From Octopus vulgaris (lineage: Eukaryota): a stretch of 64,000 nucleotides of DNA. Shown here in pieces: positions 1-13,099 of the stretch (within the stretch, counting starts at the first letter, position 1; every line of letters begins with the position of its first letter). The notes below the pieces were generated by a model, which was given only the letters and a program-made list of their open reading frames with translations, ran no database searches and was not told the origin of the DNA. The position numbers were made by a program, and so were the translations under genes. The stretch spans positions 95,666,001 through 95,730,000 of the forward strand of contig OX597814.1 of NCBI GenBank assembly GCA_951406725.2, in the 5' to 3' direction.

Positions 1-3000
1 TTTATAGATGTTCCTACTAAAAGCACACCTGATGACACACACGCACACACACGTTCTAATTAATTGGCCTTTCATTAAAAAGCATTTGGCAGACTTTAAA
101 CAAAAGACAGACTTTGAACAAAATCAAAAATTCTGAATTTGTTAATACTGATAGATAGCAGCTCTACACAGTTTATTTATTTATTTAGATCTGAATCAAT
201 CATTTACAATTATTTCTATGCCGCTTTTAACACTAACCCAAAACAAAACAAAAAAGAAAAAAAATCAATAAGTATTCCTGAAGCTTAAGAGAATATCTGA
301 TAGCATATCCAGCTTCAATTCAGTCTCTATATTCTTTTGATTAATATTGAATGAATACAAAATCTATTAACCTTATTGAATAACTAGGCCATGAACACAA
401 GCAATAGTGTAGCAAAATTTAGCAGGTTCCAAGGCCAGAAAAATGTGTTCTTTCCCTCAAATGCTATGCAAGAAGAAAATTGGTAAATTCAAAATTTAGT
501 GAAGCTGAATTCTAATTATTTTGATGACATTAACAATACAATTTTAGTAAATCAATTTTAAATCTTCTTTGGCAAACAGTCATTAAAAAATACAGAAATC
601 ACCATTATGAATTATTATAATCTGTACTAAAAGTACCAAAATACCATTTTAATATTGAAACTAATTCTAATGAATTCAACGAATCAAATGTGTGTAGACT
701 GAGATGCAAATAAGTGAAATTGTATTATTAGATTACAAGAGGATGCTGAAAGCACAAAGGAAGGTTCAAATTATCTCAAGAAATTAAAAATGTAGTCAAG
801 GATTATACTATTAAGATACTACTTTCTATCTTTCAATTACAATTTGACGGCAATAATTTTTTTTATGAATGATTTATTTCTAACACACCTGTTATAATAT
901 GTAGTCAACTTTATTTGCATGCTTTGTAGGAAAACTTTTATTTATTTTAGATATATAACTACGTTTATCTGCACACAAAATGGAAAACGATTTTGACACT
1001 TTCATGAAAATGCAACATACAGAAAATTCATCTGCTATTGCCTGAGAGAGAGAGAAAGAGAGAGAGAGATCGTTTTCAAATAACCTTCATAATGGCAAAT
1101 TCAAAGAGAAAATATAGATCAAAGAAAATCATTAGGAAACGTGTTAGTTATGGAGTAAATGTGCTAGGTTTGCTGTTAACTGGAAACGAAACGAAAAAAG
1201 AAATTTTGATTAGATTTGCTTGAGATATAAAAACAAAGAGCACCTAGCATTGAAACTATCTCTTAAGGCAAATAGTATGCTTTCGGTGATCTTTTATACA
1301 CATTTGCCGACGTTGGCACGGTAGTCGACCGAATTAATTGTAACGAACCATGCAGGTCTTTGTTTCGAAGAGTATTTGAAATGTTTAGCTTCATCTTCAC
1401 GTGTATGATTAAGGCATTCATATATTCGGCATAGATTTAGTGAAATTAAAATGGCAGATAATCGAGAGATGTAGGAATAACCGATAATTAAATAATAATA
1501 ATAAAACGAAATTCATGAATACGAGAACATTTTGACAACACAACTCATGGATACAAGATGGTATATAAACATCTAGATATGTAATTCAGATGTAAAATTG
1601 CAATAGCATCTTTTAATTGCTTTATTTATGCATATCCATTCTGCTAAAAAGAAAAACCAGTTCTATAAAATTAATGACTATTAGCCCCTTTGATTGTTCC
1701 CTACTTTAAACAAATATGAACAGAAAGGGAAAACGGGAATAAAAAAAAAGCAAGATATCTTCACTTTTTATCTAATGAGACTCAGTCATCTGCTATATTG
1801 GTCTTTATGAAGAGGGAGAAGCAGAATTGAAGGGGACTAGCCCAACCCTCCTACTGACAGGATTGCTACTACTGCTGAGCTACATACTGCATTACAAACC
1901 CCCTACAAATAATTATAAGCATGTAAAGATTGTGTCGCTTGCTGATATTTTTAATTCCGAACGGGAACTATCAAGCGAATTTAGTTAAAATCAATAAGAG
2001 AGCTCGACTGATATTGTGGGGGGAAATCTGCCTTTAATTGTCATTCACAGTAACATATAAAACATCTAACTAAACAAGGCTTATGTAAATAAAAATAATT
2101 AGACACGTTCTCAGAGATTAGCAAAGGAAAATGGAAATGACAAGAATGTGCGAAGCTGAAAGAGCGTGTGAGGGGAAAAAGAAAGACTAGGGAGGGGGAG
2201 TAAGAGGAAACGAGTAGAAATAAAGGAAAACCAGGAGAGGTGAAAGAGACTGTGAGAATGAGAGTAGGATATAAAAGCATAGCGAGAACGTGCAGTAATA
2301 CTAATAGGAAATGTAGGTGAGTTAGAAATAATAAAGCCGAGAGGAATCACGGAAAAGAATTATATATATATGTGTGCGTGTGTATTTCTTTTTCGCGTTT
2401 TCTATCGTTTATGTAAACGAGAGAGAGCATGAAAGCGAGAGAAAAAAAAAAGGTGAATGACAAGGAAGAGAAGTTATAAGAAAACGAAAGAAGTCAAAAG
2501 GAAGTGAGGAAATGACAGAGCAACGGATTGTAAAGAGAATGAGAAAATTTACTTCTGAAAAGACTGAAGTGAACTGGAAAACTGGAAGGTAGAGGTTTGG
2601 GTAGAAAGACACTTTTTTCTTTTTCTTTTTTGTCTTTGGAAAACAAAAGCAACGTCGAGATGCGCTGCCGACTAATTAAGCAGGCACTGCCATACTTTGT
2701 ACTCACTTTCTAAAATGCAGGGGAAGAGGTAGGTTGACTTGCATAATAATCATACTAGTTATTTTTGATAGAGGCAGTTGTAGAGAGAAAAAAGTCTAGG
2801 ATACAATAAAAGCAACACTACGTTGCCAATAATCAAAAGCATGACAATAATTAATCTTCACTTTGAAAGTGGCATTACTGCAGATGATAAGGAGTGTGCA
2901 AGAGAAGTTGTATGCGTGCTTTATTTATTTATTTTTTTCTGAAAAGGTTAAAGTGCTCTGAAAATAGTAATGTGAAACGAGATCAGAGTAGCTTTATAAA

Positions 3001-5054
3001 GCTGAATGGAGAATATTGATCAACATCGATAAAAATGGTTGCACTTTTTTTTTTTCAAGTGATTGAGTGCATGCGTGTGTGTCTGGTTCTGTTGCGTTAA
3101 AGCAAGCAGACGTAGTTCGATGTGATGGAGCTCGTCAAATGAAACAGCATGACAGCTCCTCCTCCCATGCCAACACGTGCTGCTGCTGCTGCTGCTAGAT
3201 AATACTGACAATAAAACAAACTTTCAGCACATTAAACGTTTTTAATTTTTTTCTTTCCGTATCTAAACACAATATAATTTCCTTATATCTAATCTGTAAT
3301 GGCGAAAATGTGAACTTTTAAAGAGGTAAACCGAAAACAAAGGTTTGGAAAAGCAAAGAAAAAATAAGCGATTTCTCTCTAATCGATATTTTTTTTAATC
3401 GATAGTTTTCAGTAAACATAAACACTAAAACAAAGATTCAGATAACACTACGAATTAAACAAAAACTACAAATCAAGTGACAATGTAACCAGATTGTGGA
3501 AGTCTGGTTGTATGACATGTCAACTAAACTAGTAAGGAGTCAGTCACGCTATAACTACCTTCACCTATGCATATACATACATATAAATACACCTATCACT
3601 TATGAAAAAACATAAATATTTCGAAACAATTGTACAAAAAAGAAAAAATTGCAAAGCAGAGCATATGCAGGAATTTTTATCGCGTGTTCCTGAGCATAAA
3701 TTGCAAATCCAAGCTTAAACCATGTTGACCAGACGCAATGAGATAACGGAGAAAACAAAATGAAAGATGAGTAGTAGGCAAGGCAGAGACATTTTGTAAA
3801 GGGTAATAAAGAAGAAAGCTTAGGACAGGAAATTATTTTTGAATCCCGGAAATCTGATAGATTACAACTGCTCGGAAGTGGGGAAAAAAAAAACATATCC
3901 GTGTTGTTGAGAGGAAAAGTTAGGAAAATATCACTCGAAGTATATTGTGAAGAAGAAGAAGAAAAAAAGGAAATAACCCATTACATATCCGACAAGTTGA
4001 GAATTTTATTGGATCAGAAGAATAAACAAACTTGTTTCTTTCTTAAGACTAGATTGTATAGATAGTATACTTGGAGCTGTTAAGCTGAGTGAAACAGTAA
4101 TCAGCATTCAGTGAACACTGGAGAATGATGGTAGTGTGTATGTGTGTGTATGCTTTGATCAATCGTTCGAAAAGTGTCGTGTTTGTAGTGTTGTAAAGTA
4201 TTGTTTGCTTCAAGTGATATAATAATAATATAGTCTGTGTTATATTCTGTTATAGTGTGCAAGAGTGGCATCCAATATTATGGCTAATCCAGTGTTCTAT
4301 TTGTGTGTGCTCCATGTGATTTCTAAATAGAATTTACAGCACTCTGGTAACCTATTTAGCAGTACTAAATAGGTTAACAGTGTTGGGGAATTTTGGCCGC
4401 TGACCAGCGTTACAGAACTGATGGAAAATACTTCGGTTAAAACGCAAACAGCGGTTTCAGTAGTATTGGACAATTAATGAGACAGAAAAAGAAGAGGAAA
4501 ATAAAATGATGTAAAAAATAAAAATGTAAATACGAAGGTAAAAAAAAAAAGTGATTAGAGAGAGAACGAGAGAGTGAGAGAGAGGAGTAAAAGAAAACGG
4601 CGACAATGAAGTCTAGCGAGGAGTGGCTATAAATAGCAGTTCTTTGTCCCGGCCCACTGCAGTCGAGCGACCACTACTGGACCCTGCTTCACACACCATG
4701 GCATGTTATTGCTCCATACATACACATACACATCATAGTATATATTTGCATGAACAAACATAAATACAATCATCATTAAATTTCTTTAGAAAACTACAAA
4801 CATTATTGTTACTTCTCGCCACCTAAATTTAAGCTAAGACTTTTTTTTTTCCTTTTTACCATACAAGTTCTTACTTCCCTTCCATTTTTCGAAATAATGT
4901 GTCTCCCTTGACGTGTGTGCTTGTTCCTATGTTCTGTTTATTTTCATCTCAAAACAAAAATACACTCGCTTATCAATCACAAAAGATCAGTACCTACATT
5001 TTCTACCACTCGTTTGTTTTCATTCTGGCCAGATATGTAAAAAATCTAGCTTAC

Positions 5055-5748
5055 CTTTTAAAAATGTGGCATTTCAAGAATGCTGAAAAGGCGAGCCAAA
5101 CCACAGGGGGAAAATAGCTGCTATAATCACAATGAGAAAACTGCGAGGATGGAGATGAAATAGTCTGCAGGAACTGGTGTTATAGCTATAGAACAACGAG
5201 GAGGATCGCTAATGTTGTTACTACTACTAATAGTAGTGTTAGTGCAAATCCTAACGACAGTGCTGGCCAACACACTAGTACATTCCTAGCAGTGGAAGCC
5301 CAGATCGCAGCAGCAGACGAGAAGCACTCAGTAATAGCAGCAGCAGTATTACAGTGGATATAGTGACAGTGGGAGCACTACCAGTGAGATAGTAGCAAGA
5401 GAAGCACGTACGTTGCAGGTGGAGGACATCAGTTTTGGTAGGAGTAACAAAAGCACGGTGGAAGTAGGAGGAGGCAAAGATATACAGGAAGTAATAGGGG
5501 GAGCGTCTCCCTCCTTATTCATAGTCAAACTAGCAGTAGTAGTAGTAGTGGCTACGGCGGCAGTGGTGAACACAAGGTCAGCAGACCATATAAAGCCAAG
5601 GTCACAGAGCATGCTCAGTCGTTCGTTTTTAGCTGCCGGCAACCGACGGTACGTTCAACAACGATAATACTTTCGGATAAGACCAATACGATCGTAGAAA
5701 TTGAGTGGCAACCAACATGAACGTACCGCACCCTCGCCGAGCGACTGA
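5055..5748 (-). other. Putative alternative (largely non-coding) first exon
   Basis: Inr TCAGTC at 5748-5743, a GC-richer body, and a strong AAG|GTAAGC donor at 5055/5054 on the Kdm6a strand; YY1-like AGATGGCG at 5908-5901. Confidence 0.45.
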
Positions 5749-6321
5749 GCGTGTGTGTAAACACGTACGCTACTGAGGGACATTTTCAGTATGCGTGTAT
5801 ATGTATGCGCGTGTGTGTGTATGCATCTCTCTCTCTCTCTTACACACATTATATATATATATATATATGTGTGTGTGTGAGAGAGAGAGAAAGAGAGTGA
5901 CGCCATCTATCCCCGGGAATCATCGCTAAACAGTGGCTAGCTGCGGCGGTGGGGGTGGTGATCGCCCCCACAGTTATTTTAAGAACCACAATGGCACATT
6001 TAATATACAAAGCGTCAACAGTAAAATAAAGTAGACCAGCAGCAACCAGCGTGTATCTATTAAAAATAATCCAAGACTCATGTTTCGTGTACATAATCGT
6101 CGAATAATAAGAAAGAGATGGAAATGTTCAAAACTTTCTTCTGTTTAACTATTTAGATTTATGTTAAGAAATAAACAACTTATTCGAGAAACCAATTATT
6201 GTTATTCTGAAGATTAGTTGAGTATTACGAACACAATTACAACATCTGAAATATCACTTTCAAAAACTGTTTTGATGATTGATAAACCGAAAGCTAATAA
6301 CACTTTTACCTTTTTCTATTT

Positions 6322-6679
6322 TTTTACTTGTTTCAATCATTGGACTGCGGCCGTGCTGGGGCACTGCCTTGATGCGTTTATATAAACAAATTGCCCCAAT
6401 ACTTGTTTTCTTTTAAAGTCCGAGACTTACACTATTTGTCTCTTTAGCTGAACCGCTAAGTAACAGGGACGTAAACAAACACCAGTTGCCAAGCGGTGGT
6501 GGGAAAGAGACAGACACTCTCACACGACGGGCTTCTTTCAGTTTCCGTTCACCAAATCCATTCACGAGGTTTTGGCAGGTCCAAGGCAAAAGTACAAGAC
6601 ACTCGCGCAAGAATGCTACGCAATGGTACCGAACCTGGAACTATGTGGTTGAGCACCAAACTTCTTACCATACAGCCAA
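6322..6679 (-). mobile_element. tRNA-derived SINE (octopus OR-type), CpG-intact copy
   Basis: Head ggctgtatggtaagaagtttg...caaccacatagttccaggttc and tail cagcacggccgcagtccaatgattgaaacaagtaaaa. Confidence 0.85.
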
Positions 6680-9600
6680 GTTTTTAGTAATCACTATAAT
6701 TAAGCATATTGGATTTTTTCACCCTCGATCTTGCACAAATCTGATATATTGCTGAATTTTAAGGGGGGAAATATTCACAAAAATAATAATTAAGTAAAAC
6801 GAAGAAAATACAGGAAAACATTTTTCTGGGCCGATTCAAATATAATCATCATTTACAAACAAGTAAGGAAATTTAGATTTAATATTTCAAAATACCGCAC
6901 CTGACATAAAAAGCAACATGTTCTTCCAGTTTGTCAAAGAGACAGTAGTTGCCACTAGTTTTATTATTTGCATGTCTGAAGTGAATAACTATCGAATGAT
7001 CTTCAGTAAACTGAGAGGAATTATTTCCTATAAATGGTACAAATTCCCAGTTGTTCTCCTCTAAAACTAATTCCATTTGCATTTAGTGCCCTTGACAAAC
7101 AATGTGTTACACCTGTCTATACTATGTACAGACACCCCGCCCCTCTATTAAACTCCCAAACTTCACAGGTAATGCGCGAAAACATCTTAATACAGATGAT
7201 ACAAAACGTAAACCTTGCAAATGTTCCGCTATAAATTTACTCAATCAAAACACACGTAAGTAATTAGGAATTTGAAGAAATATCACAGAACCCTGCACAA
7301 AGCAGGTAGGAATAATTACTATTTCATTTTACCAAAAGTTAAGAGAGGTTAATAGGATGTAAACAAACGGGGAAATGAAGAAAAGTCAAGTAAAAAAAAG
7401 TTTACTAAGTTATATCCTTTGAAATATGATTCATGCAATTTAATTAATATATATATACACACACATACAAGTAGCTTCATTGAAGGATCATTTGTTTCAC
7501 ATAGATTTTCCAATACACTTTTTAATATTTTAGCCACATTCAAAGGAGATACAGATATATTACTTGTAAACTAGAAAAATATCAATGTCATTTAGCTACA
7601 CATTCTGACACTATATCATGTACTATCACATATTATCCTCTCCTAAGTCTATTTCAAAGTAAATGAGTAAACTCATTTTTCTCTTTAAATTTTACTGAAG
7701 CTTATTTTAGCATATTTTTTTTTAATTCACAAATGCTTTTCATCATATGATGTAAAAACCCATTATGATAAAATACTAGTAATTTTGATTAACACTTGAA
7801 CTACTTTTGAAAAGTTATTTAATTTAAAAACATGAACATTATGAGTTCATATTGCAATAATAAAAATAGGAAGGCTAAAAATATTCAGTGTAAATTAGAT
7901 TTTTTTAATAGCTCTAATTTTAAGACAGTAAAGAATAACAAAATGTTTTTACACTTAAGAAATATTAACTATGAAAATTAGAAATGAATCAAACCTAGAT
8001 ATATAAATTCTGGATATAAAATTAACAGTTACTCATAGTTCAATTATTTTTACTGTAATTAAGCTAAATATAAATTATTACAGGGAAATACTTCATATAT
8101 AAAAACACTTTTCACAGGAAATTGTTTCAAGATGAATAAGCAGTGAATAACATATAGTTGGTATCTATTGAATTTTCCAACAACTTATAGTGAACAAAAC
8201 AAACAATTGTCATAAATCTTGAAAACTACCTACGTGCCTCCTCCACAAGTAGGAAGTAGTAGATATATAAATATTTATACATTCACAAGTAAGATCATGA
8301 ATGTATATCCAGTTTAAGTGGATATCAAAATGCAATGTTTCAATGTTGTATATTGTCTCTTGTTAAACAATAGCAAATAACAGTGTATCAAGTACAGGAT
8401 AGATTAAAAACAGTGCAGTTTATAACTAGGATCTCATATCACAGCTGTTGTATTTCTGCTGAGAAGGCTGCAGAAAGGAAAAAAACTTCACCTTTGTCAA
8501 TTTGAATAGAAAAGGCATTTAACAATGGCATACATGCTATACAATAAGTTTGGATAAATCTCCTTACAACTGTTCAGGCTATATTTGAGGATTGTAAAAT
8601 AAGCCAAAAATGAACACAAAGTATTAATTACTTTTGTTGTTGATGAGTTTATCTAATTAAAAGAACCACTACAAAGATTTAAGTTACAGACTTCAACTAA
8701 GAATTGTCCATTTTAAACTCTTTCTGTAGCCATATTTATGCTCCATTTAATTTTTGAAACCAATAATTTAGAGAGGTTTCATTTAAATCACTTCATTAAT
8801 TAACTGGTATTTGAAACAATTTGACGAAAAGTTCTTATATAAAATGACGGAAAGTTTAAAATTTATATATGAACAGATTAAAACGATTTTTTTTTTTGTA
8901 TCACTGATACAGAAGTGGTCTCAAAGGAAGTTTGTTCAGCAAAGTCTGGTAGTAGTTACATGTACATTGAGTAGATTGACTAATGTATTTTCCAGCATAG
9001 AAATTGAATTTTGCAGACCAAAATCAACAGCCAAAACTGGTAGGTTAATTTATACACCAAGACGCCTTTAGAGGACCAAAAATTTCCTGTGAAATGCAGC
9101 AAGATTTGGAAAGATGTGTGAATATTTACATTATATACTACACTGACTTATATGCCGGAAAATATGGTACACAGCTCTCTTGTTAGATCAACTGCAATTG
9201 GAAAATGACCAAATTCAATGCATAGAGAAGAAATGGTTGTAAACTTGGTTTTATGTATTCCTATGCAATGAAAATAGCCACAAGTGATACATAGAATGAA
9301 TGAGAAGACAAAACTAAGTAAACTGCAATCAAGAGACATTGTGAGTAACCTTGATGATGGCTTGCTTGCTCTAGCAGTTTAGTGAAGAAATAAAAGTGAT
9401 CTGTTAGGCTAGCTAATAACACTAATAATAATTAATGACTAGAGCTGAGATCAAAGTAAGCAAGTGACTAAAGTAGCTTTGATAGCTACCACTTGTTGGT
9501 AAAAAGAAAAATGAATTTATGCTTGTCTGTTTTTCAATATTATGTGCTAAGATGTCAATGGTAATCTATCTTCTTGACATTCCTAATCCAGAACTGGAAA

Positions 9601-9862
9601 GTTCATTGCTAAATAATGACTGGAGTCTATTTGTGTTTTCTTTTGTATTCTTATAAATCCACTGTCTTTTTCCTAATGATATGCGTAGGATGGTTTTGTA
9701 AATTTGGGCAGCTGCAAATTGTTATACCTATTTTCTATGTAGATGGATGTTCAACCTACTACAGCAAACCAACCAATGATAAAATAAGAATAAACCAGGC
9801 ATTTAACCTTCAGAAGAGTTTGCAAAGACCATAACTGCAACACCTTCCAACAGACCAAACCA

Positions 9863-10305
9863 TTAACTCTTTTGACACCAATCTGCCTGAGACCACCTTT
9901 GGCTCTATGATACAAGTTTCATGATTTAACCCTTTAGCATTTGAACTGGCCATGTCTGGCCCAAAAATCTTGTTTTATGTTTAAACTGGCCAAATCTGGC
10001 CTCTCATAGCTACCCTACAATGTTGTTCTTAGAACTAAACAATCATATCATCAAAATCTTGAAGTTATGAGATAATGCATGATTAATTCAAAACAATGTG
10101 AATAAGTAAGCATTACATTTGACAGTAATCTGAACATAAAAGGTTAAAGGATCTAAACCAAAACCATCCATCAACATTTTATATTATGTTTGAAATACCA
10201 ACTTGATAATGGTAAAGTTATTTTACTAAATTCTTCATCATTTTCAAAATTAATTGAAACGAAAGTAATGTATTTCAAGAGAAATATGGTGACAAAAGGG
10301 TTTAA
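9863..10305 (-). mobile_element. Nested TTAA (piggyBac-type) MITEs: family A (9926-10147) inside family B
   Basis: ttaa-CCCTTT...AAAGG(G)-ttaa termini; B resumes after A. Confidence 0.8.
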
Positions 10306-10371
10306 AAGGGTAATGCTGTCACATGTTTCTAATTTGAGAAGATATTTTAAAATGTATGTTGCCCTAATACA

Positions 10372-10740
10372 GACACAGCAACTGCTGTATAGTAAATTTG
10401 CTTCACAACCACATGTTTTGGGGTTCAGTCCCACTATGCAATCCCTTGGGCAAATGTATTTTACTATAGCCCAAGGGTGACCATGATCAATGCTTTGTGA
10501 GTGAATATGGTAGACGGAAACTGAGAGGAAGCTCTTTATATGTATGTACAGGTATGTCTTTTGTTTGTTTCCCCACCACTTGACAACTGGTGTTGGTTTA
10601 TTTATGGCCTTGTAACTTAGTGGTTCAGTAAAAAGAGACAGGAAAAATAAGTACTGGAGTCAGTTTCACCAGCTAAACCCTTCAAGGTGTTGCCCCAGAA
10701 TAGCTGCAGTTCAATGAGTGAAACAACTAAAAGGGTAAAA
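10372..10740 (+). mobile_element. tRNA-derived SINE (OR-type)
   Basis: caaccacatg...ttcagtccca...cttgggcaaatg...gaaacaactaaaag. Confidence 0.8.
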
Positions 10741-10769
10741 TAAAATATGAATATCTACTTTTGACACAT

Positions 10770-10960
10770 AAAAGATACCTGTGCTGGCAACATGTAAAAG
10801 ACAACCAGTACACTCTGTAGATTGGTTGGCATTGGGAAGAGCATCCAGCCATAGAAACCAAGCCAGAACAGACAACTGAAGCTTGGTGCAGCTTTCCAGC
10901 TTACCAACTACAATCAAACCATCTAACCCATCCCAGCATGGACAACAAACGTTGATGATG
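10770..10960 (+). mobile_element. RTE 3' tail (older)
   Basis: Degenerate tail motif. Similar tails lie at about 11790-12030(-), 30155-30350(-), 35030-35240(+), 44300-44550(+), 47780-48015(+) and 48445-48630(-). Confidence 0.7.
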
Positions 10961-11411
10961 AAATTGGCCTTATTTCAATGTGTTTTGTGATTAGTTTAAT
11001 TGTCTAAGTTATTATCAATTCCTAAGTGTTTAAAATCCAAACTCTTATTTCAAAACAACTGAATAACACTTAGCAATGATTCTTACAGATATTAAAATCT
11101 TTTTAACTGATTTCTTATAAACAGGGGGGGAAAAAAAGAAAAAATTTTTTGCATTCAAGTGCAGCATTTTTATTGTTAATTTTATCAAACCACAAATAAG
11201 AGTGAAACATATTTTTTTGCAAACTTAGCCAAAAGAAATATGTGATCATTTTGATCACAAATAAAATTTAATAACAATATGTAATTTAACAACAAAATAT
11301 TTTGTTGCCACAATATAATATTTAAATAACCACCTAAAAATATTTCAGCAGTTTCAAAGGGTTTGGGTTTTAAGAAAGATATAAAGGAATTGATAACTTA
11401 AAGACTATATT

Positions 11412-11710
11412 TTATTTGTTCCAAGTGTTGAACAGAAGGTATGCTGGGACAACACCTTAAAGGGTTTAGTCAAACAAATCACCCCTAGGACAAATTTTTT
11501 ATGTCTGGTACTTATTCTCTTGGTCACTTCTGCCAAGCTGATAAGTTACAGGGGATATAAACAAACCAGCACCAGTACACACACACATATACAACACGTT
11601 TCCACAAAGCTTTTGTCTACCAAATTTACTCACAAGGCACTGATTGACATGGGACTATAACAGAAGACACATGCCCAAGGTACCATGCAGTGGGACAGAA
11701 CCCAAAACAA
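11412..11710 (-). mobile_element. tRNA-derived SINE (OR-type), partial
   Basis: Family body motifs on the minus strand. Confidence 0.7.
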
Positions 11711-13099
11711 TGTTCACAAAATAATTGGATATTTGTTAATTCTGACAATGAATATTCAGTTGTTTAATCAACCAAATTGCTTATGAACTCATTATCATCA
11801 ACATTTAATGTCTGTTTTCCATGCTAGCATGAGTTGGATGGCTTGATAGAAACTAGCAAGACCAGGAGCCACACCAGGTTCCATAGTCTGTTTTGGCTCA
11901 GTTTCTACAGCTGGAAGCCCTTCCTAATGCCAACCACTTTACAGGGTGTAATGAGTGCTTTTTACATAGCACAATCACAGTGCTTATGTGACACCAGCAC
12001 CTGCACAAATGCTTTTTACATGGCACCTTGGTTTTAGGATATCACCTGGGTTTTAGGGTATCTTAATATAATCCAAAGTTACCATTACAAAGTGTGTGGG
12101 TGACTAGGCCAAACCTTTAAGTTAGATCTAATGGGCTTTCACAAGATTTCTGCCAACCTAATTTCATTCATAAGGCATGAGCTGACATGAAGCTAAAGTA
12201 AAAGACATTTTCCCAAGACAGCACACACTGAAATAATACTCAGAGACCCATGGATGGGTAAGAAACTTCTTAAACATTCAGCCTAACTCTATCTGATATT
12301 CACAAAGCATACTTAAATAAAATCAATTCCAATACAGATAGGTGTATTTATAGTAAAGGAAGATACGTCTGAGTTCACATAATCTACTACTTAGAGAGAA
12401 TTAAATGATTACTTAAAGATATATGCAACTTAAAAGTATATATATATATATATACATGCGTGTGTGAATGAATTAAAAGACAACAAACAGCTGGTATTTT
12501 CTAAACAATTAACAGAAAAAGTTTTTACAGAAGTTTAAAATATACAAATAACAAACATGGGTGATAACTCTAATACAACAAGAAAGTTAGGACCAAAATA
12601 TATGTATTTTAAGTAATGTTCAATTAACATTTCAGATACTGTATTTACTTACAGTATTTGATAGCTTATAAGACACTTTTTTTTCTCCAATTGCTTTAAC
12701 TATTATATGCTTTAATGCACTAAAAATTTTCCTGAATATGTTCTGCTGAAATTGGGGTACATCTAATATGCTTATGTATCTTTTATGCCACTAAATACAG
12801 CATTTTAATATTCATGTTAGCCAATTAAAAAAAAAAATGATATACACTACTATAATACTTTTCTTTTTTTTTTTTTCGTCTGGATTTTTTACAATAATAT
12901 ATTATGCATGAAAATGTATTGATGCATATTTACAACTGATGAAATAATATATGCTTTTGAAAAGATTAATAAAGTGAACTTAATGGTATGTAGGCTTTGA
13001 ATAACCAATGTCACTATCACTAAGCAACTGTTGCAGTTGTTTTCCCTCTTAGCTCTCTTGCCAAGCAGGTACAACAGTGAGTTATATTTACATCTTTTT

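Larger units (their letters stand above)
960..7300. promoter_or_regulatory. CpG-retaining, repeat-poor island inside Kdm6a intron 5 (putative internal promoter/regulatory domain)
   Basis: By eye, 13 CpG in 5641-5760 versus none in 7381-8220. The SINE at 6322-6679 keeps CpGs that have decayed in sibling copies elsewhere. Confidence 0.65.

Noticed and set aside
3478-3522. Short hairpin aaccagatt/agtctggtt with extensions
   Set aside because: Relies on several G-U pairs and a bulge; too weak to distinguish from chance.
5133-5670. Plus-strand Ser/Val-rich coding-like sequence
   Set aside because: All three plus frames are interrupted by stops; better explained as low-complexity UTR-type sequence.
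6879-7082. 67-aa minus-strand ORF MQMELVLEENNWEF...
   Set aside because: No similarity to UTX or any family I recognise; the length is compatible with chance.
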